NCBI GenBank assembly: GCA_041303965.1
Contig: JBFYOD010000001.1
Span: 30,552 to 94,551, forward strand
Source: Candidatus Aminicenantes bacterium
GTDB lineage: Bacteria; Acidobacteriota; Aminicenantia; Aminicenantales; Saccharicenantaceae
DNA length: 64,000 nt
Direction of reading: 5' to 3'
A model generated the notes under the pieces. It ran no database searches, had not been told where the DNA came from, and was given only the letters and a program-made list of their open reading frames with translations. Below are positions 47,291 through 56,813 of the stretch, piece by piece (within the stretch, counting starts at the first letter, position 1; each line of letters begins with the position of its first letter). The translations under genes were made by a program, and so were the position numbers.

Positions 47291-48206
47291 GGCGGGACAA
47301 ATATTCCTGGACGGAGAGGGCGGCGTGGACGCCCGTGCCCACGGCCGTGGCTATTTGTTTGGGGCAGGCGTCGGAAACGTCGCCGGCGGCAAAGAGGCCC
47401 GGGACCGACGAGGCCATGTCAAGATCGACCTTGACCTGCTCCCACTCGTTGAGCTTGAGAAATCCCTTGACGAATCCTGTCTGGGGCTGGGTCCCGATCG
47501 AGACGAACAAGCCGGATACGGCCAGGGAGGAAACGGAGCCGTCCCTGAGATCGCGGACAGAGAGCGATTCCACTTTAGCGGCCCCTTCGACGCTGTCGAC
47601 GACGGTGTTCAGCAGGACGCGGATCTTGCCGTTCGCCGCGACCCGCTCCTGGTAGATCTTTTCGCCGCGGAACTTATCCCGGCGATGAATGAGGGTCAGC
47701 GTCCGGGCGAACCGGGTCAGGAAGAGGGCCTCTTTCAGAGCGTTGTCCCCGCCGCCGACCACGGCGATATCGCGCCCTAGGAAAAAGGCGCCGTCGCAGA
47801 TCGCACAGTACGACACGCCGCTGCCCGTCAGCCTCTCCTCGCCAGGGATGCCCAGCCGCCGATAAGCCGAGCCCGAGGCCAGGATGACGGCCCGGGCTTC
47901 GTAATTGCCCTTATGCCCTTTGAGAACGAACGACTCGTCGGACTTGGCGACCTCAAGGACCTCGTCGGATTCGATCCTGGCGCCGAATGTTTCCGCCTGT
48001 TTGCGAAAGCTCTGCATCAGTTCGAAGGGTGTCACGCCGGCCGGGAAGCCGGGGTAGTTCTCGACCCAGTCGGTAAGGAGGATCTGCCCGCCGGGAACCC
48101 CTTTTTCCAGGACGACCGTCGACAGGCGCGCCCGCCCAGTATAGATGGCTGCGGCCAGGCCGGCCGGGCCGGCGCCGACGATGACGACGTCCCAGGGGGC
48201 GCCCAT
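47283..48206 (-). CDS. trxB: Thioredoxin-disulfide reductase
   Basis: [17 protein letters not shown]...CAICDGAFF...[12 protein letters not shown]... Confidence 0.95.
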   Translation of the reverse strand: MGAPWDVVIVGAGPAGLAAAIYTGRARLSTVVLEKGVPGGQILLTDWVENYPGFPAGVTPFELMQSFRKQAETFGARIESDEVLEVAKSDESFVLKGHKGNYEARAVILASGSAYRRLGIPGEERLTGSGVSYCAICDGAFFLGRDIAVVGGGDNALKEALFLTRFARTLTLIHRRDKFRGEKIYQERVAANGKIRVLLNTVVDSVEGAAKVESLSVRDLRDGSVSSLAVSGLFVSIGTQPQTGFVKGFLKLNEWEQVKVDLDMASSVPGLFAAGDVSDACPKQIATAVGTGVHAALSVQEYLSRLT

Positions 48207-48213
48207 GGCCGGA

Positions 48214-48546
48214 TCAGAGATACTTGGCGATGAGATCGATGAGTTTGTTCTTGGCCAGGGCCCCGACGACCTTTTCTTTGGCCTGGCCGCCCTTGAACAG
48301 GATCAGGGTCGGGATGGCCATGACGCCGTAGGTCTGGGGGGTCTGGCCGTTCTCGTCGACGTTCATCTTGACCACTTTGAGCTTGCCCTTGTGGGACTCG
48401 GCGATCTCCTCGACGACGGGCGCGATCATCAGGCAGGGGCCGCACCAGGGGGCCCAGAAATCCACGAGCACCGGGAGGTCGGACTTGAGGACCTCGGCGT
48501 CAAAGGCGGCGTCGGTACCGGTGATAATAGCGTCTGACATGTTCAT
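48214..48546 (-). CDS. trxA: Thioredoxin
   Basis: 110 aa with the [10 protein letters not shown] active site. Confidence 0.95.
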   Translation of the reverse strand: MNMSDAIITGTDAAFDAEVLKSDLPVLVDFWAPWCGPCLMIAPVVEEIAESHKGKLKVVKMNVDENGQTPQTYGVMAIPTLILFKGGQAKEKVVGALAKNKLIDLIAKYL

Positions 48547-48644
48547 CTCCTATGAGTGTTGTTCGATACGGGAAAAGCGCACTCCATGATAGCGGCGGGC
48601 AGGGAACTTGTCAAACCAAGAGGGACAGCCGCTCTATCCAGCCG

Positions 48645-49493
48645 CTATCCGGCCCAGCCCAGCTTCTCCTTGACCAAGTCGTAGTAATTCCGGCGCGGCG
48701 AGGTAATGAGCTGGAGCTCGAACGGAGCCTTGCGGATGTCGACGACGTCGTCGCGGACGAGGACGCCGCCCCGCTGGCCGTCGAGCGTCAGGTAGACCTC
48801 CTCCCCGCCGGTCAGGAGCCGGACGCCGACCGTCGATGTCGACGGCACCGCCAGGGGCCGGAAAGAGAGGGTGTGCGGGCAGATGGGCGTCAGGACGAAG
48901 GCCGGGACGAGGGGGTGGATGATCGGCCCCCCGGCCGAGAGCGAATAGGCCGTCGAGCCGGTCGGCGTCGAGACGATGAGGCCGTCGGCCTTGAGCGTCG
49001 CCACTTCCTTGCCGTCGATGCCGATGGCCAATTCGATCATGCGCGCCATGGCGCCCTTGGTGACGACGACGTCGTTGAGGCAAGTGGACGCGGTTTTCGC
49101 CGTCCGGGCCTCGAGCAGCCAGCGCGGGCTGAGGACGCTCGTGTCCCCGGCCAGGAAGCTGTCGAGGGTCAAGGTGGCTTCGCTGATGGGGATCTCCGTC
49201 AGGAAGCCCAGCCGGCCGAGGTTGACGCCCATGACCGGGACACCGGCCTGGGCGGCGTGGTGGGCGATGCTGAGCAGGGTCCCATCCCCGCCGAGGACGA
49301 CGACGAGGTCCGAGGCGGCCGGGACTTCCGGCCGCGGCAGGCCGTCCGGCCGGCCGAGCTTGCGGGCCGCGACGTCCTCCAGGACGCAAGCGATGCCGCG
49401 GCCCTCGAAGTATTCGACGACGATCTTCAGGATGCCCTCGACGGATGGCGCGTGGGGCTTGATGACGATACCGGCTTTACGAACGTTATTCAT
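48645..49493 (-). CDS. nadK: NAD+ kinase
   Basis: ...VVVLGGDGTLL...NLGRLGFLTE...TPTGSTAYSLSAGGPI... Confidence 0.93.
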   Translation of the reverse strand: MNNVRKAGIVIKPHAPSVEGILKIVVEYFEGRGIACVLEDVAARKLGRPDGLPRPEVPAASDLVVVLGGDGTLLSIAHHAAQAGVPVMGVNLGRLGFLTEIPISEATLTLDSFLAGDTSVLSPRWLLEARTAKTASTCLNDVVVTKGAMARMIELAIGIDGKEVATLKADGLIVSTPTGSTAYSLSAGGPIIHPLVPAFVLTPICPHTLSFRPLAVPSTSTVGVRLLTGGEEVYLTLDGQRGGVLVRDDVVDIRKAPFELQLITSPRRNYYDLVKEKLGWAG

Positions 49494-50268
49494 GGCTGAC
49501 CGCCTCCTTGATCATGGCTGGAATGGAGTCCGCGTTGAGATCCGGCTCTCCCTTGACCCACCGAACGAAGAACTCGACGTTGCCCTTCTGCCCCCGCGTC
49601 GAGCAGCGGATGAGGCCGGCCAGCCCGAACCCGAGCTGCCGGGCCCCGCCGACGACCCGAACCAAGACCCCGGCGTGGACGTTCTCGTCCCGGATGACGC
49701 CCTTTTTGCCGACGTCCCTCGGATCGGCCTCGAACTGCGGCTTGATCAAGGCCACGAGGGTCCATGCGCCGGGGATCTCGGCGAGGGCGGGCAGGACCTT
49801 GAGGACGGAGATGAACGAAACGTCCATGGTGACGATGTCCGGTGGCCCGGCGAGGTCCTCCGCGGCGAGATAGCGGGCGTTCTTTTCGACGGCCACAACG
49901 CGGGGATCCCGGCTGAGCCCCCAGTCGAGCTGTTTGGTGTCCACGTCAACGGCGTAAACCCTCGTCGCGCCTCGTTTCAGCAGGCAATCCACGAATCCCC
50001 CGGTCGACGCGCCGATGTCGAGCGCGACCAGCCCGCCGACATCGATGCCGAAGCGCTCGAGGGCCTCCTCGAGCTTGAGGCCCCCGCGGCTGACAAAGGG
50101 CAGCGGGCATGCGACCTTGAGTTCCGCTCGCTCGTCGACGAGCTCGCCGGGCTTGAGGACGGGTCGGCCCGCGCTCGTGACCAGCCCGGCCATGATCAGG
50201 GCCTGCGCCTCTTTGCAGCTCGGCGCGAGGGCCCGCCCGACCAGGAGTTTATCCGCGCGTTCTCTCAT
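49486..50268 (-). CDS. tlyA: TlyA-family rRNA 2'-O-methyltransferase
   Basis: S4-like N-terminus (RADKLLVGRALAPSCKEAQALI), then SRGGLKLEEAL...ALDIGASTGGFVDCLL. Confidence 0.9.
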   Translation of the reverse strand: MRERADKLLVGRALAPSCKEAQALIMAGLVTSAGRPVLKPGELVDERAELKVACPLPFVSRGGLKLEEALERFGIDVGGLVALDIGASTGGFVDCLLKRGATRVYAVDVDTKQLDWGLSRDPRVVAVEKNARYLAAEDLAGPPDIVTMDVSFISVLKVLPALAEIPGAWTLVALIKPQFEADPRDVGKKGVIRDENVHAGVLVRVVGGARQLGFGLAGLIRCSTRGQKGNVEFFVRWVKGEPDLNADSIPAMIKEAVSHE

Positions 50269-52162
50269 CGCCGCCGGAGCAGAGGGGGACCAGGTAGAGG
50301 TCCTTGATCTGCCTGGTGAGGCCGGGGACGTCCAAGCCGACCACGGCCCGGATCTCGTCGGCCTTGCCTAAAGGATAGGCTTCAAGGGGAAGACCGATCG
50401 CCTTGAACCGGATGTCGAAGCGGCCCGCTCGGTCGAGGAGCTCGCGCACCGCGCTCCCGGCGCCGCCGGAAAGGATCCCCTCCTCGACCGTGACGACCGT
50501 TGCGCCCGGGCGGGCGAAACGCTTGATCATCTCTTCGTCGAGGGGTTTGACGAAACGGGCGTTGACGACGGCCAGGGAGATCCCGTCCTTTTCCAGGGCA
50601 TTGGCGGCCTCGAGCGCCGGCCGGACCATATTGCCGAAAGCAAAGAGGAGGTCCCGGCCGTCCTTGACCAGTTCGCTCCGTCCCGGCGGGATGACATGGA
50701 GATGCTCATCCATGGGAACGCCCAGCCCCTTGGCCTTGGGGAATCGCACGGAAGCCGGATGGCCGTAGGCGAGCGCCGACCAAAGCATGTGCTGGAGCTC
50801 GTTCTCGTCCTTGGGGGCCATGACGATCATGTTAGGCATATGGCGGAGATAGGCGATGTCGTTGATGCCCTGGTGGGTGGGGCCGTCGTCGGGGACGATG
50901 CCCGCCCGGTCGAGGACGAAGACGACGGGCAGGTCCATCAGGCAGACGTCGTGGTAGACCTGGTCGTAGGCCCGCTGGAGGAAGGTCGAGTAGATGGCCA
51001 CGACGGGCTTGAACCCCGAGACCGCCAGACCGGAGGCGAAGGTCACGGCATGCTGCTCGGCGATGCCGACATCGAAGAAGCGTTCCGGGAGCTTCTCGGA
51101 GAACTCCTTGAGGCCGGTCCCCTCGCCCATGGCCGCTGTGATGGCCAGCACCTTCTCGTCCTTCCCGGCTATCTTGATCAGGGCATCTCCGAAAACACTG
51201 GAAAAAGAGGGCCCCCATTCGCGGTTGCGCGGCTCGCCCGTCGAGATCTGGAACGGCCCGGCGCCGTGGAATTTTTCGGGGTGCGCCCGGGCCGGCTGGT
51301 AGCCCTTGCCTTTCTGCGTCACGCACTGGATGAGGATCGGCCCGTCGTACGTCTTGGCCAGCTCGAAGGCCTCGACGAGGGACTGGACGTTGTGGCCCTC
51401 GACGGGGCCGACGTAGCGGATGCCGAGCTCGGTGAAGACGAGGCCCGGGAAGATCGTCTTCTTGATCAGCTCCTCGAAGGCCCGCCCGGCCTTGATGAGA
51501 GGCCAGCCGATCTTGGGAATCGACCTGAGGAAGGACTTGGCCTGGTCCTTGATCCGGATATAATGCTGACCAGAAACGAGATACGAGAGGTATTTCGACC
51601 AGGCCCCGACGTTGGCCGAGATGGACATCTCGTTGTAGTTGAGGACGATGATCAGGCGTTCGCGGAGGTGGCCGATCTGGTTGAGCGCTTCCAAGGCGAC
51701 GCCGCCGGTCAAACTGCCGTCGCCGACGACGGCGATGACGTGGTGCTTCTCTCCCGCCTTGTCCCTGGCGACGGCCATGCCCAATGCGGCCGACAGGGCC
51801 GTCGAGGCGTGGCCCGTGTTATAGACGTCGTGCTCGCTCTCCTCCCGGCAGGGAAAACCGAGGATGCCGCCACAGCGCCGGAGCCCGGCGAAGCCGTCCT
51901 TCCGGCCGGTCAGGATCTTGTGAGTGTAACACTGGTGGCCGACGTCCCAGACGATCTTGTCGCGGGGCGAGTCGAAGACGGTATGGAGGGCCAGGGTCAG
52001 CTCGACGACGCCCAAGTTCGAGCCGAGGTGGCCGCCGTTCTTGGCGACCGTCTCCAGGATGAGGGCGCGGATCTCGAGGGCCAGGGTGGAGAGCTCCTCC
52101 GGCGACAGTTTCCTGATATCGGAGGGCCGCTCTATCGAATCGAGGATCTTGGCCATGGCCAT
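50249..52162 (-). CDS. dxs: 1-deoxy-D-xylulose-5-phosphate synthase
   Basis: 637 aa, ...GGHLGSNLGVVELTLALH...VGDGSLTGGVALEALN... Confidence 0.97.
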   Translation of the reverse strand: MAMAKILDSIERPSDIRKLSPEELSTLALEIRALILETVAKNGGHLGSNLGVVELTLALHTVFDSPRDKIVWDVGHQCYTHKILTGRKDGFAGLRRCGGILGFPCREESEHDVYNTGHASTALSAALGMAVARDKAGEKHHVIAVVGDGSLTGGVALEALNQIGHLRERLIIVLNYNEMSISANVGAWSKYLSYLVSGQHYIRIKDQAKSFLRSIPKIGWPLIKAGRAFEELIKKTIFPGLVFTELGIRYVGPVEGHNVQSLVEAFELAKTYDGPILIQCVTQKGKGYQPARAHPEKFHGAGPFQISTGEPRNREWGPSFSSVFGDALIKIAGKDEKVLAITAAMGEGTGLKEFSEKLPERFFDVGIAEQHAVTFASGLAVSGFKPVVAIYSTFLQRAYDQVYHDVCLMDLPVVFVLDRAGIVPDDGPTHQGINDIAYLRHMPNMIVMAPKDENELQHMLWSALAYGHPASVRFPKAKGLGVPMDEHLHVIPPGRSELVKDGRDLLFAFGNMVRPALEAANALEKDGISLAVVNARFVKPLDEEMIKRFARPGATVVTVEEGILSGGAGSAVRELLDRAGRFDIRFKAIGLPLEAYPLGKADEIRAVVGLDVPGLTRQIKDLYLVPLCSGGDERTRG

Positions 52163-52167
52163 TCGGC

Positions 52168-52428
52168 TCAGCCGGTTCCGCCGTCCTCCCCGGGCCCGCC
52201 CGCGTCGGCGGCGTCGAAATCTTCCGCCTTCAGGTTCCCTTTGTCGTCCTTGAGCAGGATCTCGACTTTGCGCTCGGCCTTGTCCAGCTCGCCGCGCAGG
52301 AACCGGGCCATCTTGACGCCTTTCTCGAAAAGGGCCAGCGATTCGTTGAGAGAGATGCCGCCTTTCTCGAGCTTGGCCACGATCTGCTCGAGGTCGGCCA
52401 GGGCTTTCTCGAAAGTCAGGTTGGTCAT
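52168..52428 (-). CDS. xseB: Exodeoxyribonuclease VII small subunit
   Basis: MTNLTFEKALADLEQIVAKLEKGGISLNESLALFEKGVKMARF... ATGA overlap with xseA. Confidence 0.9.
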   Translation of the reverse strand: MTNLTFEKALADLEQIVAKLEKGGISLNESLALFEKGVKMARFLRGELDKAERKVEILLKDDKGNLKAEDFDAADAGGPGEDGGTG

Positions 52429-53738
52429 GAGCCCTCCTTGAGGAAACGTGATTCGATGAGCTTCTTCCTGTCGACGCTTTGGACCCGGGCGTTGAATTCC
52501 CCCTTGAAAAACGAGACGAGGACGGTCTCGTCTTCGATGATGTCCTCGATCCGGCGGGCCAGGCACAGGCCGCCGCTCTTCCAGACGGCCGCGTAGCCCT
52601 TCTTGAGCACGGCGAGCGGGCTCAGGGCGTCGAGCGTCGCCGCGAGGCGCTCCCAAGCGGCCCGGTGGTCGCGGACCGTCTTGCGCACGATGTTGCCCAA
52701 GCGCTCGGACGCGAGCAGGGCGGCGCCCGTGTGCTCGGCGATCGCCTGCCGCTCGGACCGGAGGACGTTCTTGCCCCGCGTTTCGAGCTCGTCCACCCGC
52801 CGGCCGAGGTTGGCCAGCTTGACCTGGAAATTCTGGAAAATGCGGTGCTGGGCGAGGTCGGCCACGTCGGCCCTCATGTCCTGGAGGGAATAGCGCAGGA
52901 GCTCGCCCAGCCGGCGGGCCTGGGACGAGATGCGCTCGGCGAAGGCCTCCTCGGTCTCGATGACCATTTCCGCGGCCGCCGAAGGCGTCGAGGCCCGGAC
53001 GTCGGCGACGAAATCGGCGATAGTCACGTCGATCTCGTGGCCGACTGCGGAGATGACCGGGACAGGCGAGCGGGCGATGGCCCTGGCCACGACCTCCTCG
53101 TTGAACGCCCAGAGGTCTTCGATCGAGCCGCCGCCGCGGCCGACGATGAGGACGTCGATCCCCGGCCACGCCCCGAGGGCGTCGATGCCCTCGACGATCT
53201 CGCCGGCCGCACCCTCGCCCTGGACCTTGGCCGGGTAGATGACGACGCGCAGCTTGGCGTAGCGGCGCTCGAGGACGCGGAGGATATCGCGGATGGCCGC
53301 CCCCGTGGGCGAAGTGACGACCCCGATCGTCCGCGGCCGGAGCGGGAGCTTCCTTTTGCGCTTTTCGTCGAACAGGCCTTCGGCCTTGAGCTTTTCCTTG
53401 AGCTGTTCGAAGCGAAGCTGCAGGGCGCCCTTGCCCTTGGGTTCGACCTGGTCGACGTAAAGCTGGTAGTCGCCGCGGGGCTCGTAGACGCTGATCTTCC
53501 CCCGGCAGATGACCTGGAGGCCGTCCTTTAATTCGAAGGCGACCTTGCGGGCCAGGCTCTGCCACATGACGGCCTTGATGACGCTCTTCTCGTCCTTGAG
53601 ACTGAAGAAGACGTGCCCCGAGGCGGCCTTTTTATAGCCCGAGACCTCGCCCTCGACCCAGACCTGGGGAAAAGCGACCTCGAGGGCCGTCTTGACGATC
53701 TCGGTGACCTGCGAGACCGTATAGACCAGGTCGCGCAT
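52425..53738 (-). CDS. xseA: Exodeoxyribonuclease VII large subunit
   Basis: MRDLVYTVSQVTEIVKTALE...VWVEGEVSGYKKAASGHVFFSLKDE...RGGGSIEDLWAFNEE... ATG at 53738 inside the longer ORF. Confidence 0.92.
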   Translation of the reverse strand: MRDLVYTVSQVTEIVKTALEVAFPQVWVEGEVSGYKKAASGHVFFSLKDEKSVIKAVMWQSLARKVAFELKDGLQVICRGKISVYEPRGDYQLYVDQVEPKGKGALQLRFEQLKEKLKAEGLFDEKRKRKLPLRPRTIGVVTSPTGAAIRDILRVLERRYAKLRVVIYPAKVQGEGAAGEIVEGIDALGAWPGIDVLIVGRGGGSIEDLWAFNEEVVARAIARSPVPVISAVGHEIDVTIADFVADVRASTPSAAAEMVIETEEAFAERISSQARRLGELLRYSLQDMRADVADLAQHRIFQNFQVKLANLGRRVDELETRGKNVLRSERQAIAEHTGAALLASERLGNIVRKTVRDHRAAWERLAATLDALSPLAVLKKGYAAVWKSGGLCLARRIEDIIEDETVLVSFFKGEFNARVQSVDRKKLIESRFLKEGS

Positions 53739-53748
53739 CACCAGACCT

Positions 53749-54552
53749 TCATTCTTCGTGGCTATCCTCCGCCAGGACTTCTCTCTTGATCGACAGGGCC
53801 TTCCCCGTCTTGACATCGACCTCGATGAAGACACCGGACAGGAACAGGCCGTCCCGCGACGGCTCGAACCGCTGCGGCCGCGAGGTCAGGAACCTTTGGA
53901 GGGCCTGCTCGCGGGCGATGCCGATAACGGCGTTCCGCCCGCCGGCCATGCCGGCGTCGGTGATATAAGCCGTGCCTTTGGGCAGGACCCTCTCGTCGGC
54001 GGTCGGGACGTGGGTATGCGTCCCGATGACGGCCGAGACCCGGCCGTCGAGATACCAGCCCAGGGCCTGCTTCTCGGAGGTCGCTTCGGCGTGAATATCG
54101 ACGAGGATGATGGGCGTTTCGGCGGCCAGCACGGCGACCTCTTCGTCGGCCCGCTTGAACGGACAATCCAGGGGCTCCATGAACACCCGGCCCTGGAGGT
54201 TGAGCACGGCCGCCTTGACCCCGTCGGCCGCCTGAAAAATGTAGGAGAAGCGGCCCGGGTTGACGGGCGGATAGTTGGCCGGGCGCAGGAGACGGGGTTC
54301 CCGCTCGAGGTAAGGCAGGGAGTCTTTCTTGTCCCAGATATGATTTCCCGATGTCAGGACGTCGACATGGAGGAAAAGGTCCTTGCCGATCTCCTCGGTG
54401 ATGCCGCTCCCGCCGGCCGCGTTCTCGCCGTTGGCGACGACCATCACCGGCGCGTATTTCTTGACAAGGCCCGGCAGGAACTTGTCCATGGCCCGCCGGC
54501 CCGGCCGGCCGACGATGTCGCCGAGGAAGAGAATGCCGAACTTATCGGGCAT
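53749..54552 (-). CDS. ymdB: YmdB-like metallophosphoesterase (2',3'-cyclic-nucleotide phosphodiesterase family)
   Basis: ILFLGDIVGRPGR...VVANGENAAGGSGIT...LTSGNHIWDKK... Follows rny as in Bacillus. Confidence 0.9.
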   Translation of the reverse strand: MPDKFGILFLGDIVGRPGRRAMDKFLPGLVKKYAPVMVVANGENAAGGSGITEEIGKDLFLHVDVLTSGNHIWDKKDSLPYLEREPRLLRPANYPPVNPGRFSYIFQAADGVKAAVLNLQGRVFMEPLDCPFKRADEEVAVLAAETPIILVDIHAEATSEKQALGWYLDGRVSAVIGTHTHVPTADERVLPKGTAYITDAGMAGGRNAVIGIAREQALQRFLTSRPQRFEPSRDGLFLSGVFIEVDVKTGKALSIKREVLAEDSHEE

Positions 54553-56107
54553 ATTCGACCGCTCTCATCTCCCGAATGACCGTGACCTTGATCTGGCCCG
54601 GGTAGTCGAGCTCGGCCTTGATCTTCGCGGCGATCTCCTTGGCCAGGAGGGCGGCCTTGTCGTCCGATATCTTCTGGCTCTCGACGATGATCCTTATCTC
54701 GCGCCCGGCCTGCAGGGCGAAGGCCTTGGAAACGCCCTCGAACGCCGCGGCGATCTCCTCCAGCTTCTCCAGCCGCTGGATGTAGGTCTCGAGGAGCTCC
54801 CGCCGGGCGCCCGGCCTCGCGGCTGAGAGCGTGTCGGCGGCCTGGACGAGCACGGCCTCGATCGACGGGAAATCGACGTCCCGGTGGTGCGAGGCGATGG
54901 CCTGGCAGACTTTCTCCGACTCCCCGTATTTCTTGGCCAGCTCGACGCCGAGCTCGGTGTGGGTCCCTTCCGTATCCCTATCGACGGCCTTGCCGATATC
55001 GTGGAGGAGGCCCGCCCGCAGGGCGACGTTCGTGTCGAGGCCGATCTCCCGGGCCATCATGGCCGCGAGCATGGCCACTTCCTTCGTGTGCTGGAGGACG
55101 TTCTGGCCGTAGCTCGTCCGGTACCTGAGCTTGCCCAGGAGCTTGATAAGCTCGGGATGGATGTCCCGGACCTTGAGCTCGAGGACGGCCGACTCGCCCT
55201 CCTGCTTGATCTTCATCTCGAGGTCGGCCTTGACCGACTCGACGATGTCCTCGATCCGGGCCGGGTGGATCCGGCCGTCGGTGACGAGCTTCTGGATGGA
55301 CAGCCGCGCGAGCTCCCGGCGGATGGGGTCGAAGCTCGACAGGATGACCGCCTCAGGCGTATCGTCGACGATGATGTCGACCCCCGTGGCCATCTCCAGG
55401 GCCCGGATGTTCCGGCCTTCGCGGCCGATGATCCGGCCCTTCATGTCGTCCGAGGGGAGGTCGACGACCGAGACCGTGGTCTCGACAACATGCTCGGCGG
55501 CCGAGCGCTGGATGGCGTTGGACATGATCTCCCGGGCCGATTGGGTGGCTTTCTCCCGGGCTTCCTCCTCGATCCGCCGGACGGTGGCGATGGCCTCGAG
55601 CTTGGCTTCGTCCTCGATCCTCTTGATCAGCATGGCCTTGGCTTCGTCCTGGGTCATCCCGGACACCCGCTCGAGCTCCTCGATGGCTTTCTGGATGGCC
55701 GCGGCGATCTTGGCCTCCTCGATCTCGAGGTCCTTTTCCTTCTGGGTAAGTCGGCGCTCCTTCTGGGAAAAATCTTTCTCCTTCCGCTCCATCGATTGGA
55801 ACCGCCGTTCCAGGTTCTCCTCCTTGCTGAGGAGCCGGCGCTCGGTCTCGTTGATCTTGCGCTGCTTTTCCCGGTTTTGGGCCTCTAATTCGTTCTGCCG
55901 GGCCAGGTCCTTCTCGCGGGCCTCGAGGGCCGCTTCCCGCTTGATCTTCTCCCCTTCATCCCGGGCCTTGTCGATGACCGCCCGGGCTTCCTCCTGGGCC
56001 TCGACGGCCAGGCGTGAACTCTCCTTGCGCTTGAGCAGGAGAATGACGACGACGCTCGAAAGAATGACGATAGCGGCAATGCCGATGTACTTGACCAATT
56101 CCGACAT
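54542..56107 (-). CDS. rny: Ribonuclease Y
   Basis: N-terminal TM, coiled coil, KH (GRIIGREGRNIRALE) and HD (LLHDIGKA) domains. Confidence 0.95.
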   Translation of the reverse strand: MSELVKYIGIAAIVILSSVVVILLLKRKESSRLAVEAQEEARAVIDKARDEGEKIKREAALEAREKDLARQNELEAQNREKQRKINETERRLLSKEENLERRFQSMERKEKDFSQKERRLTQKEKDLEIEEAKIAAAIQKAIEELERVSGMTQDEAKAMLIKRIEDEAKLEAIATVRRIEEEAREKATQSAREIMSNAIQRSAAEHVVETTVSVVDLPSDDMKGRIIGREGRNIRALEMATGVDIIVDDTPEAVILSSFDPIRRELARLSIQKLVTDGRIHPARIEDIVESVKADLEMKIKQEGESAVLELKVRDIHPELIKLLGKLRYRTSYGQNVLQHTKEVAMLAAMMAREIGLDTNVALRAGLLHDIGKAVDRDTEGTHTELGVELAKKYGESEKVCQAIASHHRDVDFPSIEAVLVQAADTLSAARPGARRELLETYIQRLEKLEEIAAAFEGVSKAFALQAGREIRIIVESQKISDDKAALLAKEIAAKIKAELDYPGQIKVTVIREMRAVEYAR

Positions 56108-56226
56108 GAGAGAACCTCCTCATCTATTTAAATGAGGAGACGCGAGGAAAGTAAAGGAGGCGTCAGGTGCCGGGGCCGGACCCGGGGTCCGCCCGTCCAG
56201 CGAGCCGGCCGCGCGCGGCCTGCCCG

Positions 56227-56556
56227 TCACGAAGGTGATTTATCGGCGTCCGTGTATGTCTTTTCATCCTCAAAGAGATGAACCTCCAAGCTTTCAATCT
56301 CCGTCTCCATGTGGCCAAGGGCCTCGTTCAGTTGATCGAGTTTCTTCTGGCTCAGGAACAGCTCGTCCGCGATGTTCAAGGCCGCCAGGACGGCGATCTT
56401 GGTCGTATCCGCGGACTTGGATTTCACAGCCACCTCGTGCATCTTCTGATCAACGAGCGAGGTCAGATGGCCAATATATTTCTCATCCTCTTCTCCTTTG
56501 ACGCGGATCTTGTATCGTTGTCCGAAGATTTCGATCTCGAGGATTCTTTCGGTCAT
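56227..56556 (-). CDS. zapA: Cell division protein ZapA
   Basis: 109 aa, ...IEIFGQRYKIRVKGEEDEKYI...IAVLAALNIADELF... Confidence 0.85.
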   Translation of the reverse strand: MTERILEIEIFGQRYKIRVKGEEDEKYIGHLTSLVDQKMHEVAVKSKSADTTKIAVLAALNIADELFLSQKKLDQLNEALGHMETEIESLEVHLFEDEKTYTDADKSPS

Positions 56557-56813
56557 AAGCCGAGCTGATCGATCTGCCCGATGATGGCTTCGATCTTCCC
56601 CTTGATGATGTCGCGTTCGCCCTCGAACTTCTTCATGTCCTCGTCCATGCGGGTGAGCTTGCGGGCGTTTTCCTCGAATTCCTTCTTTTCGGTCCGGAAC
56701 TCCTTGAGCTGCTGCTTCAGCTTCTCGTTCTCGGTCGATAGCTTGTGGACGTGATCGACGACCTGTCCGATCTTCCCTTCCAGTATCTTAATTCGCTCAA
56801 GTTCGGTTGTCAA
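56553..56813 (-). CDS. Small coiled-coil protein (ZapB-like)
   Basis: 86 aa with heptad-rich sequence ...ENEKLKQQLKEFRTEKKEFEENARKL... ATGA overlap with zapA. Confidence 0.6.
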   Translation of the reverse strand: MTTELERIKILEGKIGQVVDHVHKLSTENEKLKQQLKEFRTEKKEFEENARKLTRMDEDMKKFEGERDIIKGKIEAIIGQIDQLGL

